Shown piece after piece: positions 7,730 through 16,872 of a stretch of 64,000 nt of DNA (position 1 is its first letter; every line of letters begins with the position of its first letter). This DNA is from an uncultured virus (IMG/VR IMGVR_UViG_3300025652_000050) (lineage: Duplodnaviria; Heunggongvirae; Uroviricota; Caudoviricetes; Crassvirales). Under the pieces are notes generated by a model. That model saw nothing but the letters and a program-made list of their open reading frames with translations. It ran no database searches and was not told the DNA's origin. Location of the stretch: IMG/VR virus record IMGVR_UViG_3300025652_000050; one strand, 5' to 3'. The position numbers and the translations under genes are program-made.

Positions 7730-8122
7730 TTAGGTTAATAGACAATGTTGTACGTTTGGTTTTCCATGAAATTCTTCAATTTCTTTTATAGTTTCTCTTA
7801 CTTCTTTGTTGATCATATCGATAATTAAGCGTAAGTTTTGGACCTCTTTTTTATAAGTTTCGTTTTTAAAAAATAATAAATATTCAGTTTTCCCATTTAT
7901 ATTTCCTAAAAAACTTAATTTACCGTAACCATTGCAAATATTTTTTAGTCCGTTGTCTTTCTCTTGAAAAACTTCTTCAATTTTCAAATAAACATTGCCA
8001 AACGCATAACTAAATTTTAATCCGGTTCTATTTGTAAAGTTTTGTTGAATTTCTGTAATTTTCTCGTTTTGTTTTTTGTAAACGTGTGCAATATATTCTG
8101 CACTTTTATTGTATTTTGCCAT
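7730..8122 (-). CDS. Hypothetical protein
   Basis: ORF in cluster. Confidence 0.7.
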   Translation of the reverse strand: MAKYNKSAEYIAHVYKKQNEKITEIQQNFTNRTGLKFSYAFGNVYLKIEEVFQEKDNGLKNICNGYGKLSFLGNINGKTEYLLFFKNETYKKEVQNLRLIIDMINKEVRETIKEIEEFHGKPNVQHCLLT

Positions 8123-8297
8123 AATTTCTATTTTTTTAAGTATTTATTTACTTCTTGAATACTTCTGTTTCCTATTCTCTCAATAAAGTTGCCTTTATAG
8201 TCTTGCACTATGTATTCAAAATCTCCTGTTTTTTCAAATTTTTTAACAACTTTTATATTTGCTTTTTTTGATTGGTGGATTGTTGTTTGCATAATTT

Positions 8298-8867
8298 CTA
8301 AATTTTTCTAAGGTTAAAAGGTTGTGCGTCTAGTCCATAATCAAAAGTGTAGCCTATTGTTTCAAGGTTTTTTTGTAGTCCTGTAAGTTCTTCGTATGTC
8401 ATTGCTTCAATACTTCCGTAACTTTCTAAAATGCTTTTCACGTTTTCGGGTTGGTCCTCGTAAAATTCAAATAAGTCTTTTGTTTCTTTCAGTTCTTGTT
8501 TATTATACCATTTGATAAATTCTACAACTGCATTGTAGCAATTTAAAATTTTACTTTCTCCTTCTTTTAATATTAAATTTTCAAACCATTTTTCATTAGG
8601 GTAATTTGCAGGTGCGTAAAGAATATGTGTTTTGTTTCTATCAATTTGAATATTAAAAACTTGCCCTACTACTTCTGTTTTTTCAATCTTTTCTACTACT
8701 TCCATAAGCCAATTCCAATTTTTGTGAAATTGTAGTTGATTATCAAAAAATTCAGTTTTAAAATCTCCGTTTAATCTTAATGTTCCATGTTGAGGAAAAT
8801 TATAAGGCTGTTCTTTTTCTCCTAAAAATTCAGCTATTAAAATATTGTTTTCTATTTGTGTTTTCAT
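8298..8867 (-). CDS. Hypothetical phage protein
   Basis: ORF; second Met (8867) chosen to avoid overlap; FHKNWNWLMEVVEKIE motif. Confidence 0.7.
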   Translation of the reverse strand: MKTQIENNILIAEFLGEKEQPYNFPQHGTLRLNGDFKTEFFDNQLQFHKNWNWLMEVVEKIEKTEVVGQVFNIQIDRNKTHILYAPANYPNEKWFENLILKEGESKILNCYNAVVEFIKWYNKQELKETKDLFEFYEDQPENVKSILESYGSIEAMTYEELTGLQKNLETIGYTFDYGLDAQPFNLRKI

Positions 8868-8871
8868 GTTT

Positions 8872-9090
8872 TTAGTTTTTGATTTGTTCAAATATGTAGG
8901 TTGTTTCTTCTTCCCAATCTTCTATATGAAAATTTAATTCAGTTTCAATTGAAAAATCAGCGTCTAAATTTCTTTCAATTTCACTTACTAAAACATTTTC
9001 TTCTTTTTTGTTTTTTTGCCATAATCTAATTGTTTCAAAATCTTTAAAATCTTTATTAAAATTATGTAATGTGTAGTATAATTTTTCCAT
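8872..9090 (-). CDS. Hypothetical protein
   Basis: ORF in cluster. Confidence 0.65.
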   Translation of the reverse strand: MEKLYYTLHNFNKDFKDFETIRLWQKNKKEENVLVSEIERNLDADFSIETELNFHIEDWEEETTYIFEQIKN

Positions 9091-9101
9091 GATGTTAGTT
9101 T

Positions 9102-9449
9102 TTAAATTGTTGTTAAAAATTCAATAAATTCGTTGTTAAAATTCCCTTTTTCGTCAAAAACTAAATATTCGCAATAATCAAAATAACAATATAAAGGAAA
9201 ATTGTTTTTTGAATTGTATGTTGTTTGAAAACTTAAAAATTCATCTTTATACGTAAATTCTAAAGAATTTGTTTTTAAACTTCCATCGTCTGTTAATCCA
9301 ATTTTAAAAAAATTGTTTGTTTGTTCTACTTTTAAACCTTCAGGGGCTTGGTTGTCGTGAATTTTAAGTGTTAAAACTCCTAAACATTTTAAAAGTTTAG
9401 CTTCATTAAATAAATCTCTGGGGATAACTCTTGTATAGTCTATATTCAT
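9102..9449 (-). CDS. Hypothetical phage protein, first gene of leftward operon
   Basis: YTRVIPRDLFNEAKLLKCLG N-terminus. Confidence 0.75.
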   Translation of the reverse strand: MNIDYTRVIPRDLFNEAKLLKCLGVLTLKIHDNQAPEGLKVEQTNNFFKIGLTDDGSLKTNSLEFTYKDEFLSFQTTYNSKNNFPLYCYFDYCEYLVFDEKGNFNNEFIEFLTTI

Positions 9450-9586
9450 AATATATAAAGTATTAAATTAATATTTGTTTTTAGTTCCCTTTATTGCTTC
9501 GATGCTACAACTAAATTGTAAAGGGATTTTATTTTTTTTATGGGATTTCGCCACGATTAAAAAATTAAATCATTCATTTAGTTACA

Positions 9587-9600
9587 ATATGTCAAAGAGC
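9587..9600 (-). promoter_or_regulatory. boxA-like antitermination element
   Basis: GCTCTTTGACATAT on the minus strand, ~30 nt downstream of a promoter; resembles rrn/lambda boxA GCTCTTTAACA. Confidence 0.65.
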
Positions 9601-9630
9601 TTATTGAATAACCTTGCTGTTATCTGAGTA

Positions 9631-9638
9631 CAAATATA
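9631..9638 (-). promoter_or_regulatory. -7 promoter element for the leftward operon
   Basis: TATATTTG on the minus strand. Confidence 0.6.
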
Positions 9639-10662
9639 AAAAGATCTTTTTAATTACAGCCGTAAAAGGGTGTAAAATGTTGTTTAAAAGGGTTAATTTA
9701 TATTCATTCTAAATAAAAAGACTGTTTTACTGGGTTTTACGTGATTTTAAGCTAATATAATAGTACAATTGTACACGTGTTAAAAAATACGGAAGTATTG
9801 AGGACTTAATAATTTGAAATGTTGCTTAAAATCTAGCAAAAAGGAACAAACCACCCAAAGAGAATAAACAAACAACCAGGAACAAAAACAATAAAATTAT
9901 ACTTTCATTTTTTTGCTGATTAAATTTGCACTTAATAAGGTATTAAACAAAGACTTAATTAAACGTACATTTTACACGTGATAACAGTAATAAACATACT
10001 AATGTATTACTAACTACAAAAACAGCTCAAAATCTAGGGAAAAAGAACCAAGGGAAAGGAATAGACAAAGAAGGAAACAACGAACAAAACCAGGTAAACA
10101 GTAGATTTATTAATTTATACGTTTGTTTATTGGTATTACATAACTACTGCAATTGAATAAATTTACTATTATACATAAAATCTTGAAGAAAGAAACAAGC
10201 TAAGCAACGAAAACAAACATAAACACAATTCAAAAATAAAAATAAACAAACCAACAAATTGTTATATTTATAACATTTATAACTTTTTTATCAAGTTTTT
10301 GTTGGATATAAATTAAGGTTAGAGGGTTGTTAACCCTTACAAACACTAGACTCACGTAATTACATTGCAAATATATATAATAAATTCTAATTCACATAAC
10401 ATAATTTAAAAAAGGATCTTAAAGCATGAATTCGGGTGTATTTCGGGAGAAAATAAGAAACGTAAATGTATTGTATTGATTTACAACGGTTTATTGCATT
10501 ACTTTGTATTCCTTATATGAATAAAAAGGTTGTTAAAAGTCAAAACATTTGAGAAATGAAAACCAAAAAGAAACCCCCCATGCCAATAAATACGGACTTT
10601 TGCATGTGAAACGCACTACGTTATCCTACTATATAACCTCCTACCCAAACATTACTCTTCAC

Positions 10663-10900
10663 AAAAGGGAACGCTTATATAAAAGGGAACAAAAAAGAAC
10701 AAAAAAGGGAACGATTTAATTATTTAGGTGAACGATTTGGTTAAATATGCTTAAAATAGGCGTTTTATAGGTTATAAAAGTAAGATGAAGTCAATGGTGG
10801 AGCATTCTAAGACAAGGTGAACGGTTTAAAAGGGAACAGTTGTATTTATTTTGATATTAAAAAATATTAGAAATAATTTGGTAAACAGAACGGTGTTCAC
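10663..10900 (+). repeat. Clustered short direct repeats AAAAGGGAAC / AGGTGAACG
   Basis: Copies at about 10663, 10681, 10703, 10726, 10815, 10828; GAACGGTGTTC inverted pair at 10888-10898. Confidence 0.7.
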
Positions 10901-10908
10901 TATATTTG
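10877..10908 (+). promoter_or_regulatory. Bacteroidota promoter for the rightward operon
   Basis: TTTG-N20-TATATTTG. Confidence 0.75.
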
Positions 10909-10939
10909 CATTATAATTAATTTAAAAAGGTATAAAGTT

Positions 10940-11266
10940 ATGGAATCGACTAAAGATTTAAGAAACAAAAGGATTATTGATTTACACAATTCTGGTGAGA
11001 GTATGGGATCTATTTCTAAGGAATTTGGATTAGGCAAGACTACTATTCATAAGATTATCAATTCATTTTTAGACAATGGAGATGTTCCTAGTAAGGAAGT
11101 TGTAGATGTTAAGTTGAGTGGTAAAGAGGAGCGATTTGATTCATTTGTGGGTTATCAGCGTTTGGATGTAAATGAGTATGTTCATAAGGATAGTGGTGAT
11201 ATTATAAGGGTTGCATTTGTAAAGGCGGTTAATCCTGGTGAATTTGGTTATTTTGTAAAGTTGTAG
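10940..11266 (+). CDS. HTH DNA-binding protein
   Basis: RIIDLHNSGESMGSISKEFGLGKTTIHKII HTH. Confidence 0.75.
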   Translation: MESTKDLRNKRIIDLHNSGESMGSISKEFGLGKTTIHKIINSFLDNGDVPSKEVVDVKLSGKEERFDSFVGYQRLDVNEYVHKDSGDIIRVAFVKAVNPGEFGYFVKL

Positions 11267-11361
11267 TTTGTTGAAAAAAAAACGACTGCTTACGCAGTAT
11301 AAGTATGTTCTGGGTTGCGGGTGGCTACGGTGCGAGAATTAAAATAGTAAATTATATAAGT

Positions 11362-11580
11362 ATGGAAGCTAAAGAAAAGGCAATTGAGTTAGTTAAGAAG
11401 TTTTTAAGCATTGAAGATACTCAAGCAAGGTATGGAGGTAATTTAATGTTTAGTGAAGAAGCTAAACAATGTGCTATTATTTCAGTTGATGAGATTATAG
11501 AAGCATGTGAGTATAATAAAGTAGAAAGTTATAACACTGATTGGTGGTTAAAAGTAAAAGAAGAAATATTAAAACTATAA
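11362..11580 (+). CDS. Hypothetical phage protein
   Basis: MEAKEKAIELVKKF...WLKVKEEI; internal ATG chosen as start. Confidence 0.7.
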   Translation: MEAKEKAIELVKKFLSIEDTQARYGGNLMFSEEAKQCAIISVDEIIEACEYNKVESYNTDWWLKVKEEILKL

Positions 11581-11583
11581 ACA

Positions 11584-11952
11584 ATGAAACTAACAGGTAA
11601 AACAAAAGAAGATTTTTGGAAATGGTATTTATCAGAAAAAGTTTTAAAAGAAAATAAGCTTTTGCCAATGTTTAATTTTTCAAACGAAAATGTTATAAAA
11701 ATAAACTTTTTAGCAATGTCTAAAATTTGCCAAAACGCATTAATTATTGAGTTCTTTGATTCGGTTAAAATATACATAAGTATTAATTATGTTGATATGC
11801 ATACAGATTTAAGAAGTGAAAAAGGATTTCAATCTTTAGTAAGTAATAAGCACTTATCTACTATGTTCAGGGTAATTAAATCACGCCCAGAAGCAACCGA
11901 CAAAGCAATTGAAAAAGCAAATGAGATTTATAATGAAATGTTAAATAAATAG
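11584..11952 (+). CDS. Hypothetical phage protein
   Basis: MKLTGKTKEDFWKWY...AIEKANEIYN. Confidence 0.75.
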   Translation: MKLTGKTKEDFWKWYLSEKVLKENKLLPMFNFSNENVIKINFLAMSKICQNALIIEFFDSVKIYISINYVDMHTDLRSEKGFQSLVSNKHLSTMFRVIKSRPEATDKAIEKANEIYNEMLNK

Positions 11953-11962
11953 TTTATAGGTT

Positions 11963-12391
11963 ATGAAAAAATACAAACCTTCAGATGAAGCTTTAAAGTT
12001 AATTAATTTCAAAGAACTATCTTTAGTATTAACCGGAGATTCAAATTCTTTGAGAAGGACATTTATTCCTAAAAGACTTCAAGCAGAAGTGAAAAATCTT
12101 GATAGATATTTAACTCGCTTCATTAATAACAATAGAACTTGGGATGATACGGTTCCAAGAGTTGAGGTAGAATTACCAGGTAGTAGAAGAGTTTTGGTAA
12201 AGGCACCAGATATTGTTCAAAATCATAAAGTTATAAAAGCTCTTCCTAAAGAAGTATCAAAATTAGAAAACGGTTTATTCAAATTTGATGGAAAGTTTTA
12301 CACGACTAAATTCAGTAAAAAAACAGGTGTAGAAGTTCGAGAGTATTACGAACTTGAAGATGCCAAAAAATATCTAAGTAATAAATTATGA
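11963..12391 (+). CDS. Hypothetical protein
   Basis: ORF in operon. Confidence 0.7.
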   Translation: MKKYKPSDEALKLINFKELSLVLTGDSNSLRRTFIPKRLQAEVKNLDRYLTRFINNNRTWDDTVPRVEVELPGSRRVLVKAPDIVQNHKVIKALPKEVSKLENGLFKFDGKFYTTKFSKKTGVEVREYYELEDAKKYLSNKL

Positions 12392-12888
12392 AAGAAATTG
12401 ACTTAATGCCTTTAATAAAAGATGATAGTTATCGTATAGGTAAAAAAATACACATTAATAATGATGATAATTATGCAACTCCTCCAGAATTATACGAGGA
12501 ATTGAATAAACGATTTAATTTTGATTTTGATCCTTGTCCTTATAATGAAGGAGAGATCATAAACGATGGTTTAAAAATTGAATGGGAAAAATCAAATTTT
12601 ATAAACCCACCTTATAGCCAAAAATTAAAAGAACAGTTTGTTGTTAAAGGAGTTGAAGAAATGAAAAAAGGAAAAGTTTGTGTTTTCCTAATACCTGTAT
12701 CTACAAGTACAAAATTATTTCACGAATATATTAAACCAAATGCATCTTCAATTGAATTTATTAAAGGTAGAATAAAGTTTGGCAAGATTGATAAATATGG
12801 TAATTTCTATTTACCCTTAAACTCAAAAGGAAAAACACAGTCAGGAACAAAAGATAGTATGATCGTAGTTTTTGATGGAACAAAATAA
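12388..12888 (+). CDS. Phage Dam-like N6-adenine DNA methyltransferase
   Basis: YATPPE, FDFDPCP, FINPPYS, FIKGRIKF motifs. Confidence 0.85.
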   Translation: MKEIDLMPLIKDDSYRIGKKIHINNDDNYATPPELYEELNKRFNFDFDPCPYNEGEIINDGLKIEWEKSNFINPPYSQKLKEQFVVKGVEEMKKGKVCVFLIPVSTSTKLFHEYIKPNASSIEFIKGRIKFGKIDKYGNFYLPLNSKGKTQSGTKDSMIVVFDGTK

Positions 12889-12937
12889 GTAGTAGCTAAT
12901 ACATAAAGAATCTTTTACAAATCTTAAAGGTAGCTAG

Positions 12938-13028
12938 TTTACATGCGTGAGTCAAAATGGTTTGGTTAGCTGCGATAACTTTCATAGAAGCCGTAAATGT
13001 AAATATGATTGACTGATGGAGAGACATC
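12938..13028 (+). ncRNA. Candidate structured RNA upstream of the C5 methyltransferase
   Basis: TTTACAT/ATGTAAA, ATGGTTT/AAGCCGT, GTTA/TAAC, AGTCAA/TTGACT pseudoknot, GATG-GAGAGA-CATC hairpin. Confidence 0.35.
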
Positions 13029-13044
13029 TTTTTAAAAATTAAAT

Positions 13045-14439
13045 ATGAAAAAAATAAAAACAGGAAGTGATTTTAGCGGAGTAGGTGCTTTTGACCAAGC
13101 TTTAGATAGATTAGGGATAAAACAAAACAAGATTTTTGCTTGTGATATGGATAAATATGCAAGACAAACTTATATTTTAAATTTTGGAGAACCAAAATAC
13201 TACCCAGAGAATGTTTATGATAGAGAAATACCAAAAGAAAGTCTTGATATTTATATGACTTCGCCACCTTGTCAATCTTTTAGTTTAGCCGGTAAAAGAA
13301 AAGGAGAAGATTCTGTAAATGGAGTATTGTTTTATAATTCACACGAATTTATTGTAAAAAACAAACCTCGTTACTTCATATTTGAAAACGTGAAAGGCTT
13401 ATTAAGTGATGATTCCGGTAAAACTTTTCAAAGATGGATTGATTATTTAGGTGGAAAATCAGTAAATGGAAATCCTGTTATTTTTCCACATGAGGAAGCT
13501 ACACCGTATCATGTCTACTTTCAAGTTTTAAACGCTAAACACTACGGCATACCACAAAACAGAGAACGTATTTTTATTATTGGTATTCGTGATGATGAAG
13601 ATAATGATTTTAGTTTTCCAAAACCGTTTAATTTAGAAAAAAGATTGAAAGATGTTTTAGAAAGTGAAGTTGATGAAAAGTATTTTTTGAGTGATTCAAA
13701 CATTAACGCTTTGATAAAGTATAACGAAAGACAAGTTGAAAATAATAGAGGTTTTTCTGCTAAATTCAGAAATCCAGACGAAGTAGAAACAATGGACGCT
13801 TTGAAATGTGGCGGTGGAGGGAAAGATGATTTAATTAAAATAGGTGCAATAAGAGGTCGTAACCCACAAAATCCATTAAGTAGAGTTTCAGGATTACCAA
13901 CGGAACAAATGCTTGAAATAAACGAAAACGGAACTTCAAACGCATTAACTACGGTTCAGAAAGATAATGTAGTTGTTCTTCCTGCTGAAATAAAAATAAT
14001 AGGAAACTTAAAAGGAGATAAAGGTCATAATGTTCAAAATTTCTACGATATTGGTGGAGTTTCCCCTACTGTTATGGAAAACCATGGAAATGTAACGAAA
14101 GTTATAATACCAACCAACAATTCTAAAGGATATGATATAGCAGAAGAAGAAGAAGATTCAATAAATTTCTCAAATCCTAATTCAGAAACTCGCAGAGGTC
14201 GTGTAGGTCATAAGGTGAGTCAAACTCTTGATACGGCTTGTAATCAAGGTATTTATACCCAACAAAGGATTAGACGATTAACTCCAAAAGAATGTTTTCG
14301 CTTGATGTCATTTAATGAAGATTTTATTGAAAGGACTATAAACTCAAAGAAAATATCTGATTCTCAACTTTACAAGCAAGCTGGTAATTCAATTGTTGTA
14401 GATGTTTTAGTCGAGATTATCAAAAAACTTAAATTATGA
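13045..14439 (+). CDS. dcm: DNA (cytosine-5)-methyltransferase
   Basis: FSGVG, SPPCQSFS, ENVKG, QNRERI, RRLTPKEC, YKQAGNS motifs. Confidence 0.95.
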   Translation: MKKIKTGSDFSGVGAFDQALDRLGIKQNKIFACDMDKYARQTYILNFGEPKYYPENVYDREIPKESLDIYMTSPPCQSFSLAGKRKGEDSVNGVLFYNSHEFIVKNKPRYFIFENVKGLLSDDSGKTFQRWIDYLGGKSVNGNPVIFPHEEATPYHVYFQVLNAKHYGIPQNRERIFIIGIRDDEDNDFSFPKPFNLEKRLKDVLESEVDEKYFLSDSNINALIKYNERQVENNRGFSAKFRNPDEVETMDALKCGGGGKDDLIKIGAIRGRNPQNPLSRVSGLPTEQMLEINENGTSNALTTVQKDNVVVLPAEIKIIGNLKGDKGHNVQNFYDIGGVSPTVMENHGNVTKVIIPTNNSKGYDIAEEEEDSINFSNPNSETRRGRVGHKVSQTLDTACNQGIYTQQRIRRLTPKECFRLMSFNEDFIERTINSKKISDSQLYKQAGNSIVVDVLVEIIKKLKL

Positions 14440-14669
14440 AAACAAAAAACCGAGTAAAATACCAGAGAAATATTTTCACAGAAGAACAAAAGCATAAGAT
14501 TATTCATTATTTCACAACATTAGAAGATAATCGAATAAATGTTATAGCTGATTTAATGGAAACTACAAATTCAAGAGTTGCAAAGATTATCAATGACTAT
14601 TTGGATGGGAAGTACAAGATAATGAAAAAAAACATAAAACTTGAAGAGCAAAACAATGATGATAAGTAA
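14436..14669 (+). CDS. Small HTH-like protein
   Basis: INVIADLMETTNSRVAKII. Confidence 0.55.
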   Translation: MKTKNRVKYQRNIFTEEQKHKIIHYFTTLEDNRINVIADLMETTNSRVAKIINDYLDGKYKIMKKNIKLEEQNNDDK

Positions 14670-14916
14670 AGAGCTTTTTGAGAAGAGTATTGAGTCAATT
14701 CGACTTTTAGCTTTAGATAAAAACGGTAAAAACAACTTCAATGCAATTCGAGTTTCAATAGAAATCCTAGAAATGTTTTTTCCAAAGGATGAAAACGGAT
14801 TTTCTGAAATTGAATTTTATTGTATATTTTGTAACTTTGGGAAGCCAAACATTGACTCTGAATATGAGAGTCCTATAAAACTGTACGAAAGACTAATTAA
14901 GAATCAATCTAAATAA
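14656..14916 (+). CDS. Hypothetical protein
   Basis: ORF; ATG at 14656. Confidence 0.65.
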   Translation: MMISKELFEKSIESIRLLALDKNGKNNFNAIRVSIEILEMFFPKDENGFSEIEFYCIFCNFGKPNIDSEYESPIKLYERLIKNQSK

Positions 14917-14923
14917 ATAAAAA

Positions 14924-15190
14924 ATGGCAAATATACCTTTAGGATTAGAATTACAAAGTTTTTGGACAGATGATCAAGATGCTATTAATAATAGCGAGAG
15001 TTTAAATATTCCAATTCCGGATGAATTAATAATAACAAAACCAATTATGTTTTACAACATTGATAATGTAAAGCCAAATGGTCCAGAAATGTGTTATGTA
15101 AATTCTGGAATGGATGAATACTGCATTAATGAATCATACGAAAGTGTTATTGCAAAAATTAATTCAAGAATGATTTTTAAATTTAATTAA
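14924..15190 (+). CDS. Hypothetical protein
   Basis: ORF in operon. Confidence 0.7.
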   Translation: MANIPLGLELQSFWTDDQDAINNSESLNIPIPDELIITKPIMFYNIDNVKPNGPEMCYVNSGMDEYCINESYESVIAKINSRMIFKFN

Positions 15191-15196
15191 ATTGTT

Positions 15197-15871
15197 ATGC
15201 GAATAAGGAACAAAAACTCCATGATGTTTGAGCAAGACTTCAATATAAGAATTTCAAAAATACAAAGGGAGATGAAGTTAAGAGAAGGCGAGTCTCGAAA
15301 GCAATGGGAAAAGCGTACAGAAAGATTACGTTTTGAAGAGGAGAAAGTAAAGGAAGATAAAAGGAAAGCAGTTATAGACAGAAAAAATGTACTTCAAAAA
15401 AAGAAGAGTGAAAAATACAATAAGGCCCATCAAGTAGTTTATTTCAATCCAAGGTCAAGTACATATTTAGAGAATTTAGGATTACTAATGTCATTGGCTG
15501 AGTTAAGATATAAGATTGACAAAAAGATTCTGTTCCTGGTAATTTTCCTGTACAACAAAAAAACCTTATTTTTGAAAGCCGACATTAACTACTATTTGGA
15601 GATGCATAATATTCAAATGACTTATGCTAAGTTAATTCAGATTGGGGTTATTAATTATTTGGTTGATCACAAAAAGACATCAAGAAAAAACGAATTACTC
15701 ACATTATCAAGTAATTATTCAATAATAGCGAGTTCAATTTACAATGCTATTATAAATGCACATGAAGGAAATACAGATAAGCAGATTTTAACTGTTGATT
15801 ACATTAAGGAATTAACTTTTCAAGAGAATTTAATGAAACAAATAGCTGATATTAAAACTAAGAAAAAGTAA
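15197..15871 (+). CDS. Hypothetical protein (basic coiled coil, possible winged helix)
   Basis: 224-aa ORF. Confidence 0.7.
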   Translation: MRIRNKNSMMFEQDFNIRISKIQREMKLREGESRKQWEKRTERLRFEEEKVKEDKRKAVIDRKNVLQKKKSEKYNKAHQVVYFNPRSSTYLENLGLLMSLAELRYKIDKKILFLVIFLYNKKTLFLKADINYYLEMHNIQMTYAKLIQIGVINYLVDHKKTSRKNELLTLSSNYSIIASSIYNAIINAHEGNTDKQILTVDYIKELTFQENLMKQIADIKTKKK

Positions 15872-16182
15872 TGATTAAGAAGCCAAAAGTAAAACCTAAA
15901 ACTATAAATGAGAGTGTTCGAGAGATTGCTAAAGAGCAGAACATTCCGAGTAAATTAGTAAAGCATATAATTGAATGTTTCTTGGATAAGGTAAAGGAAT
16001 GTGCAGAAGAGGAGCGAGAATTTAAGTTCCATAAAATGTTCAGTTTAAAAATCAAGACTACAAGCGACAGAACCCATCACAATATTCACACAAGAGAAAT
16101 GAGTGAGTCTAAAGGTAGAGATATTCCATTTGTAAAGACTACAAGGCACTTCATAACTAAGAACAAAAAGAAAAACAAGTAA
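15871..16182 (+). CDS. HU/IHF-like DNA-binding protein
   Basis: Two helices, FKFHKMFSLKIK strand, HNIHTRE arm, PFVK. Confidence 0.7.
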   Translation: MIKKPKVKPKTINESVREIAKEQNIPSKLVKHIIECFLDKVKECAEEEREFKFHKMFSLKIKTTSDRTHHNIHTREMSESKGRDIPFVKTTRHFITKNKKKNK

Positions 16183-16200
16183 CCATAATAATTATATAAA

Positions 16201-16545
16201 ATGAGTAATTTAAAGATTGAAAACTTCGTTGAAAAAGGAGTAAAAACAGTTTCACACAAAGGAGAAACATTACTAGAGCTTTCAAGTTTAGGTAAAAAAG
16301 CACAAGGATTAAAGTACAGTAAATCCGATGTTATTACAATTGAAGAAAATGAATATGTTAGATTATCTGATATTCAGATTTCTAAATTAGGAAAAGCTCA
16401 AAAAGTTGCTGCTAAAAAAGAAGTAAAAAACATTGATGTAAAAGAACCTGTATTTGTACCATGTGATGCAGGAGAAGATTGTGGATGCTTAATGAGTCAA
16501 GAAGATTCTGAGAAGGCACTTGAGAAATGTGAAAAGAAGAAGTAA
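16201..16545 (+). CDS. Hypothetical protein
   Basis: 114-aa ORF with Cys-containing C-terminus. Confidence 0.7.
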   Translation: MSNLKIENFVEKGVKTVSHKGETLLELSSLGKKAQGLKYSKSDVITIEENEYVRLSDIQISKLGKAQKVAAKKEVKNIDVKEPVFVPCDAGEDCGCLMSQEDSEKALEKCEKKK

Positions 16546-16578
16546 AAAAAATCCCTGACTAATAATCAGGGATTTTTT
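16544..16578. terminator. Bidirectional terminator
   Basis: A8-TCCCTGA...TCAGGGA-T6. Confidence 0.85.
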
Positions 16579-16581
16579 AAT

Positions 16582-16872
16582 TTAAAATACTATTACAATA
16601 TCTGTAAAATGCAGAACTGTATATTCAACAGTTTCCAAGGTTACTAAAGTACTTCGATTTCCATCAAAGAGTATTTCGTCTCCAACTTCAACTGAGTTAG
16701 CACCATCTTCTTTTTTAGGGCATTGTAACCCAACACTAACTACTGTTCCAAGTTTGAATTTTTGATTTTTGTCTTCACTTGAAGTTAAATCAATTCCAGA
16801 GTTTGTGATGTTTTCAATATCCTTTACCTTAACAACTACGTTATGGTTTACTGCTTGTCCTTTAAAGTTCAT
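16582..16872 (-). CDS. groES: Co-chaperonin GroES (cpn10)
   Basis: TNSGIDL mobile loop, GTVVSVG, VEVGDEILF; start at MNFKGQ overlapping the groEL stop. Confidence 0.88.
   Translation of the reverse strand: MNFKGQAVNHNVVVKVKDIENITNSGIDLTSSEDKNQKFKLGTVVSVGLQCPKKEDGANSVEVGDEILFDGNRSTLVTLETVEYTVLHFTDIVIVF

Larger units (their letters stand above)
9650..10939. other. ~1.3 kb non-coding region between divergent operons (possible genome terminus/packaging region)
   Basis: No ORF in the track; degenerate repeats and clustered GGGAAC/GGTGAAC motifs. Confidence 0.5.

Noticed and set aside
11275..11340. Possible third attC-like element (shares GTTGCGGG with 137-144)
   Set aside because: No complementary arm or GTT/AAC core found; at most a relic
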